DNA from: an uncultured Phycisphaerales bacterium | GTDB taxonomy: Bacteria > Planctomycetota > Phycisphaerae > Tepidisphaerales > Tepidisphaeraceae | Assembly (NCBI GenBank): GCA_963758525.1 | Contig: CAVWVQ010000003.1 | Span: forward strand, 4,512,001-4,576,000 | DNA length: 64,000 bases | Direction: 5' to 3' | In this document: one piece after another, positions 10,059 through 20,823 of the stretch | How the letters are laid out: each line of letters opens with the position of its first letter | How positions within the stretch are numbered: the first letter of the stretch is position 1 | The notes under the pieces: model-generated | Seen by the model: only the letters and a program-made list of their open reading frames with translations | The model's database searches: none | Told to the model about the DNA's origin: nothing | Made by a program: the position numbers and the translations under genes

Positions 10059-10831
10059 ATGAACTTCACAGGCAACACGATCCTGATCACCGGCGGCGGT
10101 TCCGGCATCGGCCGCGGACTGGCCGAGGCGTTTCAACGGGCGGGCAATCAAGTGGTGATCGCCGGGCGGCGGCGGGGGCGCTCGAAGAGGTCACCTCCGC
10201 CAACCCCGGCATGAAGGCCTTCACACTGGACATCGCAGATCCCGCAAGCATTGAAGCCGCGGGAAGACAACTGGCAAGCGACCTGCCGACGCTCAACGTC
10301 GTGATTCACAACGCCGGCATCATGCGCCCGGAGAATCTCCTGGCCCCGTCGCCCGGACTTTCCGACGCCGAGGCGATGATCGCCACCAATCTGCTGGGAC
10401 CCATGCGCCTGACCGCCGCCTTGCTTCCGCTCCTGCGAAAGCAGCCGCGCTCCACGATTATGACCGTCTCCTCCGGACTGGCGTTTCTTCCGCTGGCGAT
10501 GACACCCACGTATTGCGCGACCAAAGCCGCGATTCATTCGTGGACCTTGTCGCTCCGCTGGCAATTGAGGGAAACGACAACAGAGGTCATCGAACTGATT
10601 CCTCCTTACGTCCAGACGCATCTGATGGGCCCGCACCAGGCAGAGGATCCCCGGGCGATGCCTCTTGACGACTTTCTGAACGAGGTCATGCACATCCTCC
10701 AGACGCAGCCGGCCGTCACCGAGATTTGCGTCCAGCGCGTCATGCCTCTTCGTTTCGCAGCCGAAACTGGCAAGTTCGACGCGACGTTCCAGGGCTTGAA
10801 TCAGGCGATGCCAGCGACGAGTTCCGAATAA
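10059..10831 (+). CDS. SDR oxidoreductase (DltE-like), frameshift ~10170
   Basis: [18 protein letters not shown] in one frame; NAGIM and [10 protein letters not shown] in the next. Confidence 0.85.
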
Positions 10832-10968
10832 TGAGATTGGAATCAAAACGCCGAAAGAGCTAGAATCGAAACTCAAGATCAAATTGAGACGGTCATCGCG
10901 CGGTCAACGATTGCAGCATATCGTAAGCGTTCTGATGAGCCGGTCATTTTGCAATCGGCGGAGGAGCC

Positions 10969-11427
10969 TTGCCGCAGTTACTTTCCGTGGTGTATCTGAT
11001 CATCACCGCCGCGGTGTTTGCCCGGCTTGAAATCGAAATCGAAGGTCCGCACGGATGGGCGGCCAATCTGCCCACCTGGCGCCTCGATAACCGCTGGACG
11101 CGCCTCTTTTACGGCTCGCGCCCGCTGACCGGCTATCACCTCTGGATGCAGATCTTCGTCCTGCTGATGATTCACGTTCCGCTGGCGATTCAGCCGTCGA
11201 TCCGGTCGTGGGGGGTGGAATTGCGAGTGGCCAGCTTCTACCCCTTATTTTTTATCGCGGAAGACTTTCTGTGGTTCGTCATCAACCCGGCCTTCGGCGT
11301 CTCGCGCTTCCGCCGGGAGCACATCTGGTGGCACGCGCCGTCGTGGTGGTGGATCATGCCCCGCGACTATTGGGTCTTTGGCCTGCTCGGGCTATTCGGG
11401 TATGCGCTGTCGTGGCGTATCGGCTGA
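10969..11427 (+). CDS. Trp/His-rich hypothetical membrane protein
   Basis: GGAGGAG RBS, several TM segments; motifs EIEIEGPHGWAANLPTW, LTGYH, EDFLWF. Confidence 0.7.
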   Translation: MPQLLSVVYLIITAAVFARLEIEIEGPHGWAANLPTWRLDNRWTRLFYGSRPLTGYHLWMQIFVLLMIHVPLAIQPSIRSWGVELRVASFYPLFFIAEDFLWFVINPAFGVSRFRREHIWWHAPSWWWIMPRDYWVFGLLGLFGYALSWRIG

Positions 11428-11773
11428 ACTGAATCGCTCCGGCAAGTCGCGACCGCATGACAAATGCCGCTTGCGGCGTCATCGACGGCTCGCTCGTCCA
11501 ACCCGGATTATCTCCAACGTATTCCCTTCGCTTCTGTCTTCGCTGCTTCGCGTCTTCGCGGCTCTTTATTCTTTCTTGCCAAAATCTTCTCATCTCAGCA
11601 CATAGAGTGCAGCGTACTGGGAGTGCGGTCTCAGAGGAGCTGCCTGCCGATAAGAAACTGTTTGCCACCATTGATGCCATTTTCACTTTGCCCGCTGCGC
11701 CGATGCTGAAGCGCCCCGCTTCAGATGGACGCGGCGCGATCCGAAAGAATGAGAGGTTCTGCAGGATTGCGTC

Positions 11774-12677
11774 ATGGCATCAAAGTATTATTCATGGGGC
11801 GAAGCCCAAATCCATTACCGCCAAAGCGGCCTGGGCGATCCGATCCTGCTGGTGCACGGCTTATATCCTGGCGCCAGCAGCGAAGAATTCGACCACAACA
11901 TTCGCGCTGAGCCGGGATTTCAGGGTGTATGCCATCGATCTTCTGGGCTTTGGAATGAGCGACGCGCCGCAGATCCGGTATCGGGCGAAGTTGTATCCGC
12001 TGTTGCTGGGCGACTTCATCCGAGACGTGATCGGTGAACCCGCCGGCGTCGTCACGGCCGGAGAGAGCGGTCCGTTTCTGGCCGCACTGGCGGCGGAGGA
12101 ACCCGACCTGGTATCGAAGTTGGTGTTCATTTCGCCGCAACACTCCCGCTCGACCTTCGGCCGAGCCGGATGGCTCTGGGAAATGGGCCGCGAGCTGGTG
12201 CGTATGCTGCTATTGTTTCCTCCGCTGCACCTGCTTTTTCAGGAAGTGATGGCCGGGGAATGGGAGATCGGGGAAATGTTGCGCCGCTCGTTCCGCGAGA
12301 AGCGAGTGATTGCGCAAGGCCAGGTTGTGCGCTTGAGCGAATTGGCTCGCATGCCTGGGGTGCTCGATGCATATGCGAGCCTTCAAGTCGGCCTCTTGTC
12401 GATGCCATTTGATCCAACGCTGGCGCGGATTGCGGCGCAGACTCTCTTTATCTGCGGCACGTGCGTGGCCCCTGAGACCGCCGAAGACGTTGAATACCTT
12501 TGCCGCCTTGCGCCGAACGGCCGGTTGGAATGGGTCGAACATGCCGCCGAGTGGGTTCACTACGAAATGGCGAGCCGCGCCAATCGTCTGATCGCCAGCT
12601 TTCTGGGAAACGCGCAGGCGTGCGATGTCGGGTCCGACCAGGAAATTTCCGGTCGGTCGGTGCTTGCGGTGGCGTGA
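11774..12677 (+). CDS. Alpha/beta hydrolase-fold protein, frameshift ~11905
   Basis: GDPILLVHGLYPGASSEEF then VYAIDLLGFGMSD; C-terminal HYE. Confidence 0.8.
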
Positions 12678-12682
12678 TGAAC

Positions 12683-12825
12683 GGGTGTAACTTTTATTTG
12701 TGGCGATTGCAGATTTTGCGATCGTAGGGCGGGATTCATCCCGCCGTTTTCTCAGCCGGCCAACAAATCGGCGGGATGAATCCCGCCCTACTCGGAGCCG
12801 ATCGCCACTTTCGAGCGCCACACCC
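12683..12825 (+). mobile_element. 143-bp MITE carrying a GTAG-type REP doublet, 8-bp TSD tgatgaac
   Basis: GGGTGT...ACACCC ends; tgatgaac at 12675-12682 and 12826-12833; identical inverted copy at 49839-49981. Confidence 0.92.
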
Positions 12826-12883
12826 TGATGAACAGACGCGGTCAAACTTGCTTGTCGGGTCCGCGGCGACTAGCTATTGTTAG

Positions 12884-13087
12884 ATGATGAGTACGTTAGC
12901 TGAGATTGAAGCCGCCGCGGAGGCGCTGCCAGCGGAGCAGAAGCAGGAATTGCTCCTATTTTTAGCCGAACGACTCCGGGTATCGGGTGGCCCACGCCCC
13001 GAGCCACGGAAATTTTCCGGCGAACTCATTGCCTCCTGGATTCGCGAGGACGAAGCTGAGATGCTGCGCTTTCGCGAGGGGAAGTGA
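12884..13087 (+). CDS. Small putative antitoxin
   Basis: STLAEIEAAAEALPAEQKQELL; stop overlaps the PIN gene start. Confidence 0.75.
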   Translation: MMSTLAEIEAAAEALPAEQKQELLLFLAERLRVSGGPRPEPRKFSGELIASWIREDEAEMLRFREGK

Positions 13088-13502
13088 AGATCTTCCTGGA
13101 TACCAGCGTTTGCTTTCCGCCTGCGGTTCCGCCAGCGGCGCTTCCCGAGAACTTTTTCGCAGGGCTTCGTCAAACGGGTGGATTCTGATGGTGACACCCT
13201 ACGCGTTTGAGGAAGTACGAAGGAATCGACCTGGCCTTCCACCCTGTGCTACCGGTGAGTGGGAAGCTCTTCAGGAGCAGTTATCCCTTGTGCCCGACGT
13301 ATTCACGGTCGACCGGCCAGTAATCTTCGAGCCGGGAAAAGACCGACCGATTCTGTTCAGTGCCCTCGCCTGGGCAGACGTTCTGGTCACGCTCGATCAA
13401 GCCGATTTCGGCGGTCTGATGGACAAGCCGTTCTACGGGCTTCGTGTTGTACGCCCCGGCACTTTTCTCGAAACGGAGCGATCCGCCGGAAGATTGGCAT
13501 AA
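13084..13502 (+). CDS. PIN-domain toxin, frameshift ~13110
   Basis: MKIFLDTSV, then LSACGSASGASRELF...KDRPILFSALAWADVLVTLD. Confidence 0.8.
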
Positions 13503-13527
13503 TCGTTTCAAGATACCCCCCGACACG

Positions 13528-14079
13528 TTATTTCAACAACGCATCCACCATCAGCCGCCATCCCGGCACGGCGGGTTCGGCGTCGGCGATTTCGCCAGTG
13601 CGATAGATGACAGGAACATCTGGCCGGTCCGGCGTGTATTTGCGGATCAAGTCATGGCCCAGCAAGTCCACATCCCAGACCACGCGCGTACCTGCGGCAA
13701 AATAGTCTCGGATCTTTTCCGCGATTTCGCGCTCGGCAAGCGGACCGTAATCCCCTTCGCTTCGCACTTCAACGGCGAAGGCTGGCGCGCCGCTGAGGAA
13801 ACTCATATCGATCGTGGGTCCCGTGTACCAGGCCGCATCCGGGCTGAAAGACTGTCTGTTGGGAAGATTAACGAGGAACCCCGCATTATCAGGCAGCGCG
13901 AAGCCGCCGCCATGCTCCTCTTCGTGCCGAAGCAGGCTGGCGTAAATCTTGCCACCCGCGCGTGCCGGGCGGCCTCCGGTTGGACTCATGAGCTTCACCT
14001 TTCCGTCAACCAATTCGGCTTTGCCGTGACCCGGCACACGACGTAATTCTTCCACGCCTGCGGCTTGTTTCAATTTCAT
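13528..14079 (-). CDS. Uma2 (DUF820) family PD-(D/E)XK endonuclease-like protein
   Basis: ELVDGK..MSP; SPDAAW; AFAVEVRS; KIRDYFAAGTRVVWDVD. Confidence 0.9.
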   Translation of the reverse strand: MKLKQAAGVEELRRVPGHGKAELVDGKVKLMSPTGGRPARAGGKIYASLLRHEEEHGGGFALPDNAGFLVNLPNRQSFSPDAAWYTGPTIDMSFLSGAPAFAVEVRSEGDYGPLAEREIAEKIRDYFAAGTRVVWDVDLLGHDLIRKYTPDRPDVPVIYRTGEIADAEPAVPGWRLMVDALLK

Positions 14080-14143
14080 GGGAAACCTCAGTCACGTGGT
14101 CGATCCATACATCGTAACGCCGGCGGCAACGTCAGCGACATCT

Positions 14144-15316
14144 TTAGCGAGCAGGCAGCGGCGCGTCCTTCGAACCTCCAACTGGATACCCCCGCCATAC
14201 ATACTCCAGCGCCTCCGGCAAGATCTGTTGTTTCATGCTCCCATCGCAGTGCCCCGCGTTGCGCACGAATACGAACTGGTAATGGTATCCCTTGGCGGCC
14301 AGCGCTTTGGCCATGTTCTCGTTGGCGAGCACCCAGTCATGCATGTTGTCGCGCATGATATTCGGATTCAGTAGATCTCTGTCGCCCACTTCCATCCAGA
14401 TGCGCAGCGGCTTGGCCGGGCTGTCTGGGATCAGGTGCTCATGCAGTTCCCATGCGCCATGGGGCGCCGCCGGATTGCTTGGCCATTGCTGATTCACATA
14501 CGTGCCGGAAAAGGTGAGAACGCGGTGGTAGAGATCGGGGTGATACCAAGCCATGATCATCGCACACGAGCCGCCGGAACTGCATCCCATCGTCGCCCGG
14601 CCTTCGGGATCTTTGGTGAGCTTTACATTGCACTGGCGCTCCACGAGCGGCAGCACCTCTGTCTCGACAAACTCGGCGTATGTGCCGGACATGGTGTCAT
14701 ATTCCAGCCCGCGTTCGCTCCCCTGGGCATCTCCGCTGCCGTTGCCGATGGAGATCGCGATCATCACCGGGACGCGGTGCGCGGCGATGAGATTATCCAG
14801 AGCCGTGAAGAGATTATGGTCGGGCCCATCTGCTCCCACGATGAAAGGCGCGGTTGTGCCGGCGGCATATTGTTTGGGGACGTAGACAGCCACTTTGCGC
14901 GTATATGGCGCTGGATGGCTGCTGCTCACCAACAGCTTGTCCGGGTCGGCTGGATCAACCGTGCCAAAAGTATTCGGTTCGCGCGCGATCCCAGGATAAA
15001 TCTTGCTGTCGGCCGACTTCATGGTGAAGTTAACCACAGTCCCTTGCGGCACGCCCGCCTGCGCACTCATTTCCGGCGCGCGTGCGTGAGTCGGGCCGAT
15101 GATGAAATTTCCGTCCGCGTCCGCCGGCGGAAGAGTGCCGTCGGGCAGTTCCTTGGCCGTCACAAACCCTGGCACGTTCGGATCGCGCGTGGGCGGCGTC
15201 GGCCGCGCCCGGCGTGTGGCCGCCGGGCGAGTTTGCGGCGCATCCGCCGCAATTGCGGGGCATGTGCAAAGGAGCAGACCCACCAACAACGCAATTCTCA
15301 AAATTTTCAAATTCAT
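14144..15316 (-). CDS. Secreted esterase (enterochelin esterase-like)
   Basis: Signal peptide; VYVPKQY; ERGLEYD; GCSSGG nucleophile motif; AGHCD. Confidence 0.85.
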   Translation of the reverse strand: MNLKILRIALLVGLLLCTCPAIAADAPQTRPAATRRARPTPPTRDPNVPGFVTAKELPDGTLPPADADGNFIIGPTHARAPEMSAQAGVPQGTVVNFTMKSADSKIYPGIAREPNTFGTVDPADPDKLLVSSSHPAPYTRKVAVYVPKQYAAGTTAPFIVGADGPDHNLFTALDNLIAAHRVPVMIAISIGNGSGDAQGSERGLEYDTMSGTYAEFVETEVLPLVERQCNVKLTKDPEGRATMGCSSGGSCAMIMAWYHPDLYHRVLTFSGTYVNQQWPSNPAAPHGAWELHEHLIPDSPAKPLRIWMEVGDRDLLNPNIMRDNMHDWVLANENMAKALAAKGYHYQFVFVRNAGHCDGSMKQQILPEALEYVWRGYPVGGSKDAPLPAR

Positions 15317-15539
15317 AGGTATACAGAAAGGGGACCGTGTATCGATCGACTGATGGCTTTCGCCTTGTTCGCTTCAGCGGGCCGTCCGAATTGGCGGGCA
15401 TCATTTCTCCCGCGGGAACTTTCAAACTCGGTACGGACGCCGCGTAAACGATTATTCTTGATCGCGCGGGCGATATCAAATGTCGCGCGATCCCGGTGGT
15501 TGTGGGGCGTGCTCAATCGGATGACAACCGCGCATCCCC

Positions 15540-15630
15540 AAAGCCAACGGATTGCCATCCGTTGCGAATTTTCCGGGAGCGGAGAAACACACGGAAAGCG
15601 GGGACCGACGGATGGCAATCCGTTGGCTTT
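15540..15630. repeat. REP-like inverted doublet
   Basis: 23-bp arms aaagccaacggattgccatccgt / acggatggcaatccgttggcttt, each internally palindromic. Confidence 0.8.
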
Positions 15631-15729
15631 CAATGGAAAACCTCGACGCCGTCGAACCCCCGCGCGTTCATTTGCCGGGTCGCATATCATTCGTCCGACC
15701 ATGAGCCGAGCAGTTGGCAACGCACCAAT

Positions 15730-17598
15730 ATGATGAAGCCCGAGAACAACTTCACAGCCCTCTGGAATCTGGCCTGCGGGCATCGCCGGCGATTCTTGCT
15801 GGCGATGATCGCGATGTTCTGCGGCGTGGCGATGCTGTACGTAACCCCGCTCGTTACCCGCGCCACGATCGATGGCGTGATCACAACGCATCCAACTGCC
15901 GGCATATCCCCCGCGGCAAGCTTTCTGGCTCATCGCAAGCAGCAGTGGGGAACCGAACTGACGCTCTGGCTGGCGGCGGCCGCGGTGGCGGTTGTGACGG
16001 CTTCCGCGGCGGTCTGCATGAACCTGCAGGGCAGACTCTCCGGAATCGCGAGCGAAACAATCGCCCGGCAACTTCGCGATCGGCTCGCGGCGCATCTGCA
16101 GCAGGTGCCAATGTCCTGGCATGACAAGGTGGCGACCGGCGACATCGTGCAGCGCTGCACGAGCGATGTTGACACGGTTCGGCTGTTTTATCGCGAGCAG
16201 GTCATCGAAATCGCCCGAACCTCCTGGCGCATCGCGATCGGATTTCCGATTCTCCTGTGGCTGGATTGGAGGATGGCGCTGTGTGCGACGGCGCTGATGC
16301 CGGTGATCGTCGGGTTTGCGATCGTCTTTTTCAGGAAAGTCCATGGATCGTTCAGAAAAACGGAGGAGGCCGAGGGCGTCATGACCGCGGCGCTGCAGGA
16401 AAACCTGACTGGCGTACGGGTTGTGCGCGCCTTTGCGCGCCAGGATTTCGAGATCGAGCGGTTCACGAAGAAGAACGCGGCGTATCGCGACAGGCACTGG
16501 CATCTTTTCAAAATCCTGGCCGTGTACTGGTCGACGTCCGACCTCCTGTGCATATGTCAGTTTGCGGCGGTCGTCTTTGTCGGCGCATGGCGCGCGTCAA
16601 AAGGAACGATGACGATCGGCACGATGATCGCCTTCGTCTCCTATGCGCAGATGTTCATCTGGCCCATCAGGGAAGTGGGGAGGGTGCTGACAGAATTGGG
16701 AAAGACCCTGGTCGCGATCACGCGAATCAAGGAGGTGCTCGACGTTCCTGAGGAAACGTCCCCAGGGCATCCTATTGCCGAGCCCGCTCGGGTTCGCGGC
16801 CGGATCGAACTTTCGCACGTCAGCTTCCACTACGGCGACAAACAGGTGCTCACCGACGTTTCATTGTCCATTCCCGCTGGAAAAACATTGGCACTCATCG
16901 GCCCGTCCGGCTCTGGAAAGACTACGCTCGTGAACCTGCTGCTTCGGCTGTACGACTACGATACCGGCACCATCACGCTTGACGGCATCGAGCTCCAATC
17001 GCTCGACCGCAAGTATGTGCGAAGCCAGTTCGGGGTCGTGCTGCAGGAGCCGTTCCTCTATTCCAAAACGCTGCGGGAGAACATCAAGCTTGGGCGGCAC
17101 TGGGCGCTCGACGAGGAGATGATCCTGGCGGCGCGAACGGCGGCAATTCACGAATCGATCGAATCGTTCGATGCCAGGTACGACACGCTGATCGGCGAGC
17201 GCGGCGTCACCCTCTCGGGCGGCCAGCGGCAACGGGCGGCGATCGCACGCGCACTGCTGAAGGACGCGCCGATTGTCATTCTCGATGACGCGCTGAGCGC
17301 GGTGGACATGAACACCGAACGTTCCATCCTCAATCAACTGCGCCGCCGAAGTCGAAATACCACGACGATCATCATCGCCCACCGGCTTTCGACACTCATG
17401 CACGCCGACCGGATCGCGGTCATGGAAAAAGGACGCATCATTCAACTGGGGACGCACGATGAGCTTGTCGCGCAGGAAGGGCTCTATCGCCGGCTCTGGC
17501 AGATTCAGGGGGTTCTCGCGGAAGACCTGCGTCTGGAAATGGCGGCCGACACCAACGGCACGGCAACGGAGCCAGCAGCGATGGAGCAAGTCCAATGA
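15730..17598 (+). CDS. ABC exporter, fused permease/ATPase subunit A
   Basis: TM domain; GPSGSGKT; LSGGQRQR; LDDALSAVD. Confidence 0.93.
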   Translation: MMKPENNFTALWNLACGHRRRFLLAMIAMFCGVAMLYVTPLVTRATIDGVITTHPTAGISPAASFLAHRKQQWGTELTLWLAAAAVAVVTASAAVCMNLQGRLSGIASETIARQLRDRLAAHLQQVPMSWHDKVATGDIVQRCTSDVDTVRLFYREQVIEIARTSWRIAIGFPILLWLDWRMALCATALMPVIVGFAIVFFRKVHGSFRKTEEAEGVMTAALQENLTGVRVVRAFARQDFEIERFTKKNAAYRDRHWHLFKILAVYWSTSDLLCICQFAAVVFVGAWRASKGTMTIGTMIAFVSYAQMFIWPIREVGRVLTELGKTLVAITRIKEVLDVPEETSPGHPIAEPARVRGRIELSHVSFHYGDKQVLTDVSLSIPAGKTLALIGPSGSGKTTLVNLLLRLYDYDTGTITLDGIELQSLDRKYVRSQFGVVLQEPFLYSKTLRENIKLGRHWALDEEMILAARTAAIHESIESFDARYDTLIGERGVTLSGGQRQRAAIARALLKDAPIVILDDALSAVDMNTERSILNQLRRRSRNTTTIIIAHRLSTLMHADRIAVMEKGRIIQLGTHDELVAQEGLYRRLWQIQGVLAEDLRLEMAADTNGTATEPAAMEQVQ

Positions 17599-19457
17599 GC
17601 GCTCCCGCCATGGAAGACGATGTGTTCACGGGCAAAATGGATTTTGCCCTGTGGCGGAAGATCCTGAAGTTCGCGCTCCCGCATAAGGGGAAAATTCTTG
17701 CCGTCATGACGGCAGGAGCAGTGGTCTCCTGCTTCGATATTTGCCTGCCGTTCCTCACCGGCCGGATCGTGGACGCGGTCATGGCTCACGGCACCGCGAC
17801 CGTGCTGCGCGGCTACATGTGGGCGTATGCCCTGGTCATCGCGGGATTTTGCACCTGCATACTCAGTTTCATCGCCCTTGCGGGACGCATCACCGTCAGC
17901 ATCAGCTACGACGTTCGGCAGACCTGTTTCGATAAACTGCAGCGACTCCCGTTTGCGTATTACGATCGCAAAGCCGTCGGCTGGCTCGTGGCTCGGATGA
18001 CCAGCGACTGCTCAAATCTGTCACGCGTGATGGCGTGGTCGCTGCTCGACTTGACATGGGGATCCTGCACGCTGATCGGCATTACGCTGTTGATGTTTTC
18101 GCTGGCGTGGCGTCTGGCGCTGGTGGTGATCACGATCGGTCCGATTCTCATTGCCATCAGCAGGTACTACCAGGTTCGGCTCCTCAAGACTTCGCGGGCG
18201 CTGCGCAAGGCCAACTCGCAAACCACCGCCGCGTTCAATGAGGGCATCGTCGGCGTGAAAACCAGCAAATCGATGGTGCGCGAAGAGCGAAATGCCGAGG
18301 AATTCGCGCATCTCACGGAGACCATGTACGGCCACGCGGTGCGCAATGCGCTATATGCGTCCATGTTCTGGCCGATGATGCTCTCGGTCTGCGGGGTCGG
18401 CATCGCGCTGGCGCTGCGCTTCGGCGGCCTCGGCGTGATTCACGGACAGATGACGCTGGGCGCGCTGGCGACATTTCTGCAAATCGTTTTTTTCATCCAG
18501 TTTCCCGTGCAGGAACTCACCAACGCCATTACGCAGATTCAGGGCGCCCAGGCGTCGGCCGAGCGCGTGCAGGGCCTGCTCGACGCTGAAGTTGAAATCG
18601 AGGACTCGCCGTTGGTCATCGAGAAAATTCGCAAGCATGGCGCCAGCCCGCGCGCAAAGACCGCTGATCCGCACACTGCGATTGACGGGATGGATTCAAG
18701 AGTGCATTCCATCGAATTTCGCAATGTGGGCTTCTCCTATCGGGGGGGCCAAACGGTCTTGAGCGATTTCAATCTGCGCGTTCGGGCCGGCGAATCAATT
18801 GCCATCGTCGGCCCGACCGGGGGCGGCAAGACAACAATCGTCGGATTGGCCTGCCGATTTTATGAGCCAGCTTCAGGACAGATCCTGATCAACGGAATCG
18901 ATTACCGCGATCGTTCCTTGAAATGGCTTCAGTCGAACCTTGGCATGGTCTTGCAGCAGCCGTATCTGTTCAGCGGGACGGTGAAGGAAAACATTCGCTA
19001 CGGACGGCTCGGCGCAACCGATGAGGAAATTGTGCAGGCCGCGAAACTGACCGAAGCTCACGACTTCATCAAGCTGATGAAGGACGGCTACAACGCTGCC
19101 GTCGGCGAGGGGGGCAATCAGCTCTCAACCGGGCAAAAGCAGTTGATCGCACTCGCCCGGGCAATCATTGCCAACCCGCAGATTTTCGTCATGGACGAAG
19201 CGACCAGCTCGGTTGACACCCACACGGAACGCGCGATCCAGGCAGCAATCGATCGAATTCTGAAAAACCGAATCAGCTTCGTCATTGCCCACCGGCTTTC
19301 AACGATTAAGTCCGCCAGCCGCATCCTGGTTGTCGAGGCTGGCCGCATCATCGAAGATGGAAATCATCATTCACTGATCCGCCAGCGCGGGCATTATTGC
19401 GAGCTTTATACGAATCAGTTCACCCACGAGCGGGAGGAAGCGGTGCTTGGCGGGTAG
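17595..19457 (+). CDS. ABC exporter, fused permease/ATPase subunit B
   Basis: GPTGGGKT; LSTGQKQL; MDEATSSVD; 4-bp overlap with subunit A. Confidence 0.93.
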   Translation: MSAPAMEDDVFTGKMDFALWRKILKFALPHKGKILAVMTAGAVVSCFDICLPFLTGRIVDAVMAHGTATVLRGYMWAYALVIAGFCTCILSFIALAGRITVSISYDVRQTCFDKLQRLPFAYYDRKAVGWLVARMTSDCSNLSRVMAWSLLDLTWGSCTLIGITLLMFSLAWRLALVVITIGPILIAISRYYQVRLLKTSRALRKANSQTTAAFNEGIVGVKTSKSMVREERNAEEFAHLTETMYGHAVRNALYASMFWPMMLSVCGVGIALALRFGGLGVIHGQMTLGALATFLQIVFFIQFPVQELTNAITQIQGAQASAERVQGLLDAEVEIEDSPLVIEKIRKHGASPRAKTADPHTAIDGMDSRVHSIEFRNVGFSYRGGQTVLSDFNLRVRAGESIAIVGPTGGGKTTIVGLACRFYEPASGQILINGIDYRDRSLKWLQSNLGMVLQQPYLFSGTVKENIRYGRLGATDEEIVQAAKLTEAHDFIKLMKDGYNAAVGEGGNQLSTGQKQLIALARAIIANPQIFVMDEATSSVDTHTERAIQAAIDRILKNRISFVIAHRLSTIKSASRILVVEAGRIIEDGNHHSLIRQRGHYCELYTNQFTHEREEAVLGG

Positions 19458-19477
19458 TATACGGCGAAGGAAACCCA

Positions 19478-20323
19478 ATGAATAAATCGATTGTCGGAGG
19501 ACGTTCGGTCGCGGCGCGTGCTCCCTATGAGTCGGGAATGATCGAGGCGCTCGAGAGCCGCCGGCTGCTATCGGTGTCGCCTGTCACTCACCTCGCGCCG
19601 TCGGCGTTGGCTGCGGCGATTACCCTCAAGCCCGCAACGCCGGCGAAGATTCTTGCGGGCAGAACCGGCTTTGAAACCGTCACGATCCGTAACTCCAGCG
19701 CCGCCAGCGAAACCCAGGACATCAGCATCACGCTCGCTCCGTCGCTGGACGGGACGACCGCAGCGGGAAGCTACAGCACGCCGGGGGTTACCGAGACACT
19801 GACCATCAAGGCGCACGGCAGCGCGACGGTCAAGGTTCCATTCATCCCGCCGGCCACGCTGGCCGCCGGCAGGTACCGCACGCTGGCGTACGTGCAAGTC
19901 GGTTTCAGCACCACACTCGCCACCGCGCCCGGCGCTTACACCCTGGTTCTCCCGCCCGGCTCCACCACCACGCCGAGCCTCATCGGGCATTACGCTGGCT
20001 TGATCCTCGCCACCAGCAGCACCGGCGGCGCCCATGGCACGCACTCGGCCGGATTCGGTTGGGAAACCACCGATCAAACGGACAGCACCCTGACCGGCCT
20101 CTTCGCCGTCGGGTCGGGTCAAGCCGCCGGCGTCATGACCGGCGCGGAACTGACCACTGGCGTCATTCAGTTCACGTTCACTTCCGATGACATCACCTAC
20201 ACCATCAAGGGCAAAGTCACCCCCGACGGCTCAAGAATATCCGGCACCTTCAAGGGCGTACTGCTGAACAACATTTTCAAGAAGCTCAACGGCAACTTCA
20301 GATTGAGCCGCCAGGCTTCGTAG
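19478..20323 (+). CDS. Planctomycete extracellular protein (LEPR-XLL-like motif)
   Basis: IEALESRRLLS near the N-terminus; Thr/Gly-rich beta-strand body. Confidence 0.75.
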   Translation: MNKSIVGGRSVAARAPYESGMIEALESRRLLSVSPVTHLAPSALAAAITLKPATPAKILAGRTGFETVTIRNSSAASETQDISITLAPSLDGTTAAGSYSTPGVTETLTIKAHGSATVKVPFIPPATLAAGRYRTLAYVQVGFSTTLATAPGAYTLVLPPGSTTTPSLIGHYAGLILATSSTGGAHGTHSAGFGWETTDQTDSTLTGLFAVGSGQAAGVMTGAELTTGVIQFTFTSDDITYTIKGKVTPDGSRISGTFKGVLLNNIFKKLNGNFRLSRQAS

Positions 20324-20502
20324 AATGGGAAGGGGCGAAGCGCGCGGCCACCAGATGTTGCGGAAGACCGCTCATGCTTCCTCCCGCGTAGCCGCGACGT
20401 TGCTCGCGGTTTCCCGAGCAGGCCATCACCTGCGGCTTCTCGCTGCTTCAGGGCCGCCGCCTTCCTCCGCCTTCCTGCGCGTTCCAGCTGCCGCGTTCCA
20501 GC

Positions 20503-20530
20503 TTGACACACCTGCTCCCGCAGATAGAGT
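20503..20530 (+). promoter_or_regulatory. Sigma70-type promoter for tRNA
   Basis: TTGACA-16 nt-TAGAGT about 40 nt upstream of the tRNA. Confidence 0.55.
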
Positions 20531-20568
20531 TGTCAGCCGCTCGATTCGGCGGATCAGGCGCCGTTCTC

Positions 20569-20639
20569 GGGGCCATAGTGAAATGGGATCACGCGACCAT
20601 GGCATGGTTGAATTTGGGGTTCAAATCCCCATGGCTCCA
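20569..20639 (+). tRNA. tRNA-Ala(GGC), CCA not encoded
   Basis: Acceptor GGGGCCA/TGGCTCC with G3:U70; D arm GTGA/TCAC; anticodon arm CGACC-ATGGCAT-GGTTG; T arm TGGGG-TTCAAAT-CCCCA. Confidence 0.92.
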
Positions 20640-20659
20640 ATCCCGACGCAGTCGGGATT

Positions 20660-20777
20660 AGAGCAGTGGAGCGGTAGAACAGTAGAGCAGTAGAAAAAAC
20701 GATACAGGCCAAACGACTCGGCCATCCGGGCGGGGCTCGCTCCACTGCGGTCTACTGCTCCACTGTTCTACTGCTCT
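20660..20777. repeat. Inverted arrays of the 8-mer (a/g)ga(g/a)c(a/g)gt
   Basis: agagcagt ggagcggt agaacagt agagcagt at 20660-20691; complementary units at 20754-20777. Confidence 0.8.
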
Positions 20778-20823
20778 TCCTCGGCCCTGGGGACTCCTGT
20801 TCTTCTCCCGGCGGGCTCGGCAA

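Noticed and set aside
10932..10965. Hammerhead-like CTGATGA plus stem
   Set aside because: Stem II is followed by GGAG rather than GAAA, and stems I/III are not evident
20660..20777. CRISPR-like repeats
   Set aside because: 8-nt tandem units with no spacers and no cas genes
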